Assembly (NCBI GenBank): GCA_037129835.1
Contig: JBAXUE010000001.1
Coordinates: forward strand, 174,858 to 238,857
Direction of reading: 5' to 3'
DNA: 64,000 bases
From: a bacterium
GTDB taxonomy: Bacteria; Patescibacteriota; CPR2; UBA1875; CAIMLA01
Shown here: piece by piece, positions 57,315 through 64,000 of the stretch
Layout of the letters: every line of letters begins with the position of its first letter
Position numbering within the stretch: the first letter of the stretch is position 1
Translations under genes and position numbers: made by a program
The notes under the pieces: generated by a model
Told to the model about the DNA's origin: nothing
Databases searched by the model: none
What the model saw: only the letters and a program-made list of their open reading frames with translations

Positions 57315-59348
57315 ATGAAAAGTTTATCCATTGCTGAAGCAAATAAAAGAGCAGAAAAACTCAGAACTGAGCTCGATAAAATTCGATATGATTATCATGT
57401 TCTAGATACGGAAAGTGTCTCGGAATCCGTAAAATCTTCTTTGATGCACGAGCTTTCATTGTTAGAAGACGAATTTCCTGAGTTAATTACACCTGAATCG
57501 CCGACACAAAGGATTGCCGGAGAGCCGTTGCCAGGCTTTAAGAAAGTAGTTCATAGCATACCTGGGAATTCGCTTAATGATGTTTTTAATGAATCAGAAA
57601 TATCTTCCTGGGAAAAAAGAATCAAATCAATTGCTGAGAGCGACGAGATTTTTGAAGGAAAAATAAATTATTTCGCTGAGTTGAAAATAGATGGTTTATC
57701 GGTTTATCTAGTTTACAAAGATGGGCTTCTGCAAACAGCGGCTACTAGAGGTAATGGAAAAATAGGGGAAGATGTGACGGCCAACATCAAAACCATCGAG
57801 GCAATTCCCCTTAGGCTGCGTCTCGACACAAAGGAATTGTTAGACATTACAAATAATGGAAATATTGAAGTCAGGGGCGAAGTATTTATGACTCACAAAG
57901 AGCTAGAGAGAATAAACAAACAACGCGAAACAAATGGCGAAGCGGTTTACGCAAACCCACGAAATCTAGCAGCTGGGACTTTGAGGCAGTTGGATCCCAA
58001 AGTAGTAGCTGGTAGAAAGCTTGAATTCGCAGTTTGGGCTGTTTTTGACTCCAAGGCCAAAACACATGAAGAGGAACATTCATTAGCAAAAAAACTAGGC
58101 TTTAAGGTCGAAGAACATTCGAAACAATGCAAAGATATATCTGAGGTTGTTGAATTTATAGAAAAATGGGATAAACCAAGACATGTTTTGCCTTATCAAA
58201 CAGACGGTATGGTTATAAATGTAAATAATTCAAAAATATTTTCACGACTTGGGATGGTAGGTAAGGCTCCCAGAGGGGCGGTAGCTTATAAATATTCGGC
58301 AGAACAAGGCACCACGAAGATTCTTGAAATTCGAGTAAATGTAGGCAGAACCGGGGCGATTACACCATTTGCTGTCATGGAGCCAGTGAAGCTTGCTGGG
58401 ACTACTGTTACAAGAGCAACTCTTCATAATGCAGACGAAATAGATCGTAAGGATATACGACTGGGGGATACGGTAATAGTACAAAAGGCTGGAGATATCA
58501 TTCCCGAAGTAGTTCGAAGTCTCCCTGAACTTAGAGACGGTAAGGAAAAAAAATTCGTTATGCCAACAAAATGTCCGATTTGCGGTGGTCCAGTATCAAA
58601 GCCCGAGGGCGAAGCCGTGGCAAGATGTATTTCTACTGATTGTTTTGCGATCGAAAAAGAAAGAATAATACATTTTGTTTCTAGAGACGCTTTTAATATT
58701 GAAGGTTTGGGAGAAAAAATAGTTGAGCAGTTAATAATCGAAGGAATTATTGCAGACGCTGCCGATTTGTTTGTATTAGAAAAGGGTGACCTCGAGCCCC
58801 TAGAGAGATTTGCGGATAAAAGTGCTAGTAATCTAGTAGCTTCGATATCTGATCACAAGAGAATACCTCTAAATAGGCTAATATATGCACTTGGGATACG
58901 CTTTGTCGGTGCCATAACGGCTAACGATCTAGCTAATTATTTTGATAACTTGGACCAAATAGCAAAAGCAACAAAAGATGAGCTTACGTCGATTGAGGGT
59001 ATCGGAGAAGTCGCTTCTGAGAGTATTGAGAGTTGGTTCAAAGACAATAAAAACAAGAAATTGATTGCCAAGTTGATTGAATCTGGGGTTGATTTTGAAA
59101 AAAAACGAAGTGTATCCGATAAACTTAAAGGTATGACGTTTGTAATAACCGGTAGTCTAGAGTCAATAAGTCGAGATGTGGCAGAACAAAAAATCAGAGA
59201 ACTCGGCGGAAAAGCCACCAGCTCAGTATCTGCGAATACCTCTTATTTAGTTATTGGCGAGAAGCCAGGCTCAAAGCTGGCGAAAGCAGAGCAGTTCGGA
59301 GTAAAAATAATTTCTGAATCGGAGTTTCTAGCTTTAATTAACCAATAA
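57315..59348 (+). CDS. ligA: NAD-dependent DNA ligase
   Basis: Adenylation motif ELKIDGLSVYLVY (KxDG), OB fold, zinc finger CPICGG...C, HhH and BRCT domains. Confidence 0.92.
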   Translation: MKSLSIAEANKRAEKLRTELDKIRYDYHVLDTESVSESVKSSLMHELSLLEDEFPELITPESPTQRIAGEPLPGFKKVVHSIPGNSLNDVFNESEISSWEKRIKSIAESDEIFEGKINYFAELKIDGLSVYLVYKDGLLQTAATRGNGKIGEDVTANIKTIEAIPLRLRLDTKELLDITNNGNIEVRGEVFMTHKELERINKQRETNGEAVYANPRNLAAGTLRQLDPKVVAGRKLEFAVWAVFDSKAKTHEEEHSLAKKLGFKVEEHSKQCKDISEVVEFIEKWDKPRHVLPYQTDGMVINVNNSKIFSRLGMVGKAPRGAVAYKYSAEQGTTKILEIRVNVGRTGAITPFAVMEPVKLAGTTVTRATLHNADEIDRKDIRLGDTVIVQKAGDIIPEVVRSLPELRDGKEKKFVMPTKCPICGGPVSKPEGEAVARCISTDCFAIEKERIIHFVSRDAFNIEGLGEKIVEQLIIEGIIADAADLFVLEKGDLEPLERFADKSASNLVASISDHKRIPLNRLIYALGIRFVGAITANDLANYFDNLDQIAKATKDELTSIEGIGEVASESIESWFKDNKNKKLIAKLIESGVDFEKKRSVSDKLKGMTFVITGSLESISRDVAEQKIRELGGKATSSVSANTSYLVIGEKPGSKLAKAEQFGVKIISESEFLALINQ

Positions 59349-59787
59349 ATCGGTCTAGAATATCGGTAATTATATCTTCGTGGAGACCGAAATGTTCCGC
59401 AAAGCTATATATTGTGTAGCTATTTTTGTCTCCAGGTACCACCTCTCTTGAAATTTCAGCCTTGTCGATGAGTGCTAATAAATCATTTGCGCTTATGCCC
59501 CTGTATGAGAAACCTTCAGGATTCTCAGGGTGAGAATCTGCATAAGAAACATACGCAAGCCGTATTGTTGTGGCCGCCTCTTTTTTTAGTATATTAACTA
59601 GTGGCGTAAAGTATTTTTCTATTTTAAGTTCAGCTGCATTATCTTTTTTTGATAATTCAAACTTTTCCGTCTGGTTATTACCTGTTGAGTCGCTGTTGTT
59701 TTCTGGTCCCATATTCTTCCATAATTTATACTTAAATGTTATACTGATTTGGTAATTTAGGCAAATAAATGAATCAAATAACAACAA
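59338..59787 (-). CDS. Hypothetical protein (convergent with ligA; true start probably at an internal Met)
   Basis: ORF only. No recognisable motif. Confidence 0.35.
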   Translation of the reverse strand: MLLFDSFICLNYQISITFKYKLWKNMGPENNSDSTGNNQTEKFELSKKDNAAELKIEKYFTPLVNILKKEAATTIRLAYVSYADSHPENPEGFSYRGISANDLLALIDKAEISREVVPGDKNSYTIYSFAEHFGLHEDIITDILDRFIG

Positions 59788-60059
59788 AGGAAGTTTCTAA
59801 TCTGGCTATCTTGGCTAGGGTGGGGCTGACATCAGAAGAGGAAGTGGCGCTGGCTTCACAGATGACCGATATCCTAGAGTTTGCTTCAGAGCTTGAGAAA
59901 GTGAACACAGACGGAGTATTACCGACTAGCCAGGTTTCAGGACTAACTAGTGTATTTCGAGAAGATAAAGCAGTTGATTCCATATTTTCTAGGGATGAGC
60001 TACTTTCAAATACACCGGAGGTAGAGTCAAGCTCGATTAAGGTGAAAAAGGTATTATAG
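59769..60059 (+). CDS. gatC: Glutamyl/aspartyl-tRNA amidotransferase subunit C
   Basis: VSNLAILARVGLTSEEEVALASQMTDILEFASEL, a typical GatC. Confidence 0.8.
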   Translation: MNQITTKEVSNLAILARVGLTSEEEVALASQMTDILEFASELEKVNTDGVLPTSQVSGLTSVFREDKAVDSIFSRDELLSNTPEVESSSIKVKKVL

Positions 60060-60061
60060 GA

Positions 60062-60496
60062 GTGAAAAAGATTCTTTCTAACAAATTATTAAAAAGGCTT
60101 ATTATTTTCGGATTAATCTGGGGGCTGATATCTTGTTTTTTTATTGGATTATTTGAATTTTATAGCTATCAAAACATTTTTGTTTCATATCTAAGTTATA
60201 CTGTATTCCTTCCAGCAAAAATTGTAACCCTATTATTACCAATTAGAAACACTTTGTTGGAGGTATATCAGCAATTCAGTTTTCAAAATTTAATAAATAT
60301 CGAAACCGCTGGTTCCGGCTTTGGCATGATAGTAGTACTAGGCTTAGTATGGATCATTAGATACATTCTCATTTGCGTTTTTTTCGTGGGAATTATTCTT
60401 GGCGAAATATTACTAGCCCTGCTAATTTCTGTGTTGTTTTCTACAGCCCTGTATCCGTTTTTGCTTAATAGAGGATTTAAACATGTCATTAATTAG
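60062..60496 (+). CDS. Hypothetical four-TM membrane protein inserted between gatC and gatA
   Basis: Hydrophobic helices only. Confidence 0.4.
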   Translation: MKKILSNKLLKRLIIFGLIWGLISCFFIGLFEFYSYQNIFVSYLSYTVFLPAKIVTLLLPIRNTLLEVYQQFSFQNLINIETAGSGFGMIVVLGLVWIIRYILICVFFVGIILGEILLALLISVLFSTALYPFLLNRGFKHVIN

Positions 60497-61946
60497 TATT
60501 TCAGAATTGAATAAAAAATTTACACAAAAGCCTGATTCTATTTTAGATAACATGCAAAAAGCCCTTATTAGAATTGACGAAGCTGAGGACGAAGTAAATG
60601 CGCTAGTAACAGTAGCCGCTAAGGAGGCAATTGTAGATGCAAAAACTTCTGTGGAAAGATACGCTTCTAAAAAACCATTAAGCGCTATTGACGGCATCGT
60701 AGTTACAATAAAAGACGTTTTTTGTACAGATGGGATTCGTACAACTGCTTCTAGCAAAATGCTTGAGGAATTTGTTCCGGTTTATGATGCAACCGTGGTA
60801 AGTAAGCTTAAAGAAGCGGGTGCTATCATGGTCGGGAAAAATAATTGTGACGCCTGGGCACATGGTGCCAGTACTGAAAATTCTGACTATGGTGTTACTA
60901 AAAATCCTTGGGATTTAACTCGGGTTTCTGGAGGTTCTTCCGGAGGTTCTGCAGCAGCTGTGGCACTAGGGGAATGTGATTTTTCTATTGGTTCTGATAC
61001 TGGTGGTTCCATTCGTCAACCTGCCGGATTTTGCGGTGTCGTCGGCCTTAAACCGACATATGGACGAGTTTCTCGCTATGGTCTTATTGCAATGGCATCT
61101 TCCTTGGACTGTGTTGGACCCTTGGCAAAAAGTACCGTAGATGTAGCACAGATTTTAGAAGTTATTGCTGGACATGATGAAAAAGATTCTACGTCAGTAA
61201 ATATTCCTGTACCAAAATACACTGAACTGATAGACAAGCCATTGAGAGGTAAGAAAATCGGTTGGGCGAAAGAATATTTTGATGTTGCCTTAAATAAGGA
61301 AATAAAATCAGCAATCGAGAATGCAAGAGACGAATTTATAGCGCTGGGTGCTGAAATTGTGGATATTAGTCTTCCAAATATAAAGTATGGAGTTCCTGTT
61401 TATTATATAATTCAACCAGCCGAAGTTAGCTCAAATCTTGGTAGATACGATGGAATAAAATATGGGTACAGTACTGAGAACAGTGAAAACTTGATAGACC
61501 ATTATTTTAAATCGAGAGATGAGGGTTTCGGCGCTGAAGCAAAAAGACGAATAATGCTCGGAACTTTCGTCCTATCAGCCGGCTATTATGATGCTTATTA
61601 CAACAAGGCAATGAAGGTTCGCACTCTTATCAAACAAGATTTTGAAAAAGCTTTTGAAAATGTAGATATTATTCTTTCGCCTGTTTCACCGACAACTGCA
61701 TTTAAAATAGGGGAGAAAACAGCCGATCCGATGGAAATGTATTTAGCAGACGTCTATACAGCGGCAATAAATCTATCTGGCAATCCCGCCTTGTCACTAC
61801 CTTGTGGTTTTGATTCGAACAAATTGCCTATAGGGATGCAGATTATTGGGAAACATTTTGACGAAAGCTTGGTTTTAAATTTTGGTAATATGTATGAAAA
61901 AAAGACAGAAAAAGATGATTGGAGAGGCTACAAAACTGTAGTATAA
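60483..61946 (+). CDS. gatA: Glutamyl/aspartyl-tRNA amidotransferase subunit A
   Basis: Amidase signature GGSSGGSAAAVA, Ser-cisSer-Lys triad context. Confidence 0.92.
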   Translation: MSLISISELNKKFTQKPDSILDNMQKALIRIDEAEDEVNALVTVAAKEAIVDAKTSVERYASKKPLSAIDGIVVTIKDVFCTDGIRTTASSKMLEEFVPVYDATVVSKLKEAGAIMVGKNNCDAWAHGASTENSDYGVTKNPWDLTRVSGGSSGGSAAAVALGECDFSIGSDTGGSIRQPAGFCGVVGLKPTYGRVSRYGLIAMASSLDCVGPLAKSTVDVAQILEVIAGHDEKDSTSVNIPVPKYTELIDKPLRGKKIGWAKEYFDVALNKEIKSAIENARDEFIALGAEIVDISLPNIKYGVPVYYIIQPAEVSSNLGRYDGIKYGYSTENSENLIDHYFKSRDEGFGAEAKRRIMLGTFVLSAGYYDAYYNKAMKVRTLIKQDFEKAFENVDIILSPVSPTTAFKIGEKTADPMEMYLADVYTAAINLSGNPALSLPCGFDSNKLPIGMQIIGKHFDESLVLNFGNMYEKKTEKDDWRGYKTVV

Positions 61947-61955
61947 GGAGAAAAA

Positions 61956-62720
61956 ATGGGTAAAAATCAAAAATTAAAAGAACAAAGAAAGATCGATAAG
62001 GTTAGAAAACAGCTTACGAAAGAAAAAAAGCTGAAGCTAAGCGGTCTTGTCTTTCTTGGAATTATTCTCGGTATAATCGTTGGAACGGGCGTATATTTTG
62101 GTACCTTGGGTTTGAAAAATTGGTTCGGTTCAAATAATAGCAACAAGACTAAGCAGGTGGACAGCTCAAAATTAAAAACTTATAAAAAAGGAGAACATGT
62201 GTATACACAAGCACCAGATATGCAAATAGACACGAGTAAAAATTATGTCGCAAAATTTGAAACAATTAACGGTAATTTCGAAGTTGCTTTGAATGCCAAG
62301 GACGCTCCCAAGACTACAAATAATTTCGTAGTTCTTGCAAAGGATGGTTTCTATGACGGTTTGACTTTCCATAGAATAGTCAAAGACTTTATGATTCAGG
62401 GCGGTGACCCGGATGGTACTGGTTCGGGAGGACCTGGCTACAAGTTTGATGACGAAAAATTCTCTGGTGACTACACTGTTGGGACAATCGCGATGGCAAA
62501 TTCTGGCAAAAATACAAATGGTTCACAATTCTTTATTATGACAGGTGACTATTCTGGCGGAAAACTTCCTAAAGATTATATAATTTTTGGAAAAGTTACA
62601 TCTGGTCTTGACGTTGTTACAAAGATTGGATCAACAGAAACTAAAGCTGGCTCTGGCGGAGAAAACTCTACACCAGTTAGTAAGGTTACGATTAATAAGG
62701 TAACAATCGAGGAAAAGTGA
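61956..62720 (+). CDS. ppiB: Membrane-anchored cyclophilin-type peptidyl-prolyl isomerase
   Basis: N-terminal TM. FHRIVKDFMIQGGDP...GGPGY...GTIAMAN cyclophilin motifs. Confidence 0.85.
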   Translation: MGKNQKLKEQRKIDKVRKQLTKEKKLKLSGLVFLGIILGIIVGTGVYFGTLGLKNWFGSNNSNKTKQVDSSKLKTYKKGEHVYTQAPDMQIDTSKNYVAKFETINGNFEVALNAKDAPKTTNNFVVLAKDGFYDGLTFHRIVKDFMIQGGDPDGTGSGGPGYKFDDEKFSGDYTVGTIAMANSGKNTNGSQFFIMTGDYSGGKLPKDYIIFGKVTSGLDVVTKIGSTETKAGSGGENSTPVSKVTINKVTIEEK

Positions 62721-63178
62721 GTCTACTTACAGGATTATTCGGATTATTAGTCGTCGTGATATTGGTTGTTTCGATACCAGTATTTTTCGGCGGTTTTGGA
62801 AGAAAAGACAAAAATAAAACGTCTAAGAATGGTGATGGTCACGGCATAGACAAACAATTTGTTAGAAATAAATGGTTGGAAATAAACAAGATATTTCGAC
62901 TCGGTGGTGGTAGTAATCTAAAATCTAGTGTGATGGAAGCAGATAAATTGGTTGATTATGTCTTGGTCGGAAAAAAAATTAGTGGTAATACGATGGGCGA
63001 ACGGTTAAAATCGGCAAAAAAATACTTCCCGAATCAGGCAGATTATAATGATCTCTGGTTCGCACACAAAGTAAGGAATAATATTGCTCACGAAGCAACA
63101 CATCAGCTTGGTGTCGGAGAAGCAAAAAGAGCGATGGAATATTTTGAGAAATCTTTAAAAAAACTGGGAGCACTATGA
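62717..63178 (+). CDS. Membrane-anchored hypothetical protein with a possible HEPN-like R-x4-H motif
   Basis: N-terminal TM. C-terminal helical region with HKVRNNIAHE (R-x4-H). Weak evidence. Confidence 0.4.
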   Translation: MSLLTGLFGLLVVVILVVSIPVFFGGFGRKDKNKTSKNGDGHGIDKQFVRNKWLEINKIFRLGGGSNLKSSVMEADKLVDYVLVGKKISGNTMGERLKSAKKYFPNQADYNDLWFAHKVRNNIAHEATHQLGVGEAKRAMEYFEKSLKKLGAL

Positions 63179-63462
63179 ATAAAAAACTATTCAAATCGAT
63201 AGGCATCTTACTCGGTTCGTCGGTGGCCGTAACTGTGTTGACAGCATTGGTTCTTGGATTCCCATATGCGTATCTAAAAGAATATTATGGAGTAGTATGT
63301 ATCGTGGCACCCTGCCCGGAGCCTTATCTGATTTTTGGATATCAATTTGTTGGCGCATATTTCTTGAGAGACTTATGTATTTGGTTTGTTTTTATCGCCT
63401 TTATTGTTTTTTTATATAATTACCTAAAAACGAAGAACGTGCTGTGGAGAAAAGTTAAATGA
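63175..63462 (+). CDS. Small three-TM membrane protein, hypothetical
   Basis: Hydrophobic helices. Translationally coupled to its neighbours. Confidence 0.4.
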   Translation: MNKKLFKSIGILLGSSVAVTVLTALVLGFPYAYLKEYYGVVCIVAPCPEPYLIFGYQFVGAYFLRDLCIWFVFIAFIVFLYNYLKTKNVLWRKVK

Positions 63463-64000
63463 ATAAATATGAAGTGGTTATTGGTTTAGAAGTCCATGCT
63501 CAGCTGAAAACAAAGAGTAAGATGTTTTGTACTTGTAACAATATGTCAGTTGACGCAGAACCGAATACAAATGTCTGTCCAGTTTGCCTGGGAATGCCAG
63601 GGATGTTGCCAGTCGCCAACAAAAAGGCACTAGAGTGGACATATCTACTAGGGATGGCTCTGGGTTCGAAAATACCAAATGAATTTAACTTTGAACGTAA
63701 AAACTATTTCTATCCAGACCTACCAAAAGCATATCAGATTACTTCAAGCTCAGTTCCTCCAGTGATTGGTGGGACGCTAGATATTGAGATTGATGGAAAC
63801 ATTCGCACTATAAGGATTCACCATGTGCATCTAGAAGAAGATGCAGGAAAGCTGACCCACCCAAGCGTCGGGGGTTATAGTTTGGTAGATTTGAACAGAG
63901 CGGGAACACCTCTGATGGAAGTAGTGACAGAGCCAGTTATGAGAAGTCCTTTAGAGGCTAGAATATTTATGCAAGATTTTCGAAGTATTCTGAGGTATCT
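63459..64000 (+). CDS. gatB: Glutamyl/aspartyl-tRNA amidotransferase subunit B, 3'-truncated by window edge
   Basis: MNKYEVVIGLEVHAQLKTKSKMFC...NVCPVCLGMPG N-terminal GatB signature. Continues past position 64000. Confidence 0.85.
   Translation, partial: MNKYEVVIGLEVHAQLKTKSKMFCTCNNMSVDAEPNTNVCPVCLGMPGMLPVANKKALEWTYLLGMALGSKIPNEFNFERKNYFYPDLPKAYQITSSSVPPVIGGTLDIEIDGNIRTIRIHHVHLEEDAGKLTHPSVGGYSLVDLNRAGTPLMEVVTEPVMRSPLEARIFMQDFRSILRY

Overview
The window is AT-rich (about 35-40% GC) and gene-dense, with mostly co-directional housekeeping genes. Its character fits a small-genome monoderm bacterium, possibly CPR/Patescibacteria-like; that lineage assignment is inference.

Recognisable genes, in order:
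- a 5'-truncated P-type ATPase, a CvpA-CAP fusion, a DUF218 protein, tandem Nudix, and mnmA
- a small GC-rich two-ORF island
- alaS, an actin-like ATPase, ruvX, mltG, a LysM-CHAP hydrolase, obg, prmC, and tRNA-Ala
- a cupredoxin, a Cys-rich small protein, and a quinoprotein sugar dehydrogenase
- two large LPETG surface proteins followed by a sortase, a GT2, a MacB-type ABC transporter, and a GT1/GT2/HAD cluster
- leuS, yceD-rpmF-nusB-rnc, smc, rpsP-KH-trmD, a ferredoxin, and uvrB
- a 560-bp GC-rich non-coding gap
- uvrA, uvrC, yvcK, secG, and a peptide SBP
- six clustered tRNAs
- a LysM protein, lemA with an M48 protease, ligA, and an interrupted gatC...gatA...gatB operon

Most interesting observations:
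1. A highly palindromic element of about 150 bp with 9-bp terminal inverted repeats sits in-frame inside mnmA. An internally deleted copy of about 75 bp sits in-frame inside prmC. This resembles Rickettsia palindromic elements.
2. A family of roughly 100-bp structured intergenic repeats carries a GTCCACCAT core that mimics the tRNA-Ala 3' end. The copies flank the surface-protein/sortase locus and one lies just downstream of tRNA-Ala.
3. A sortase locus has two paralogous LPETG proteins sharing a duplicated C-terminal module, and the sortase start is embedded in the substrate gene.
4. Several GC-rich islands may be ncRNAs or horizontally acquired genes.

No CRISPR array, rRNA or transposase gene was seen.
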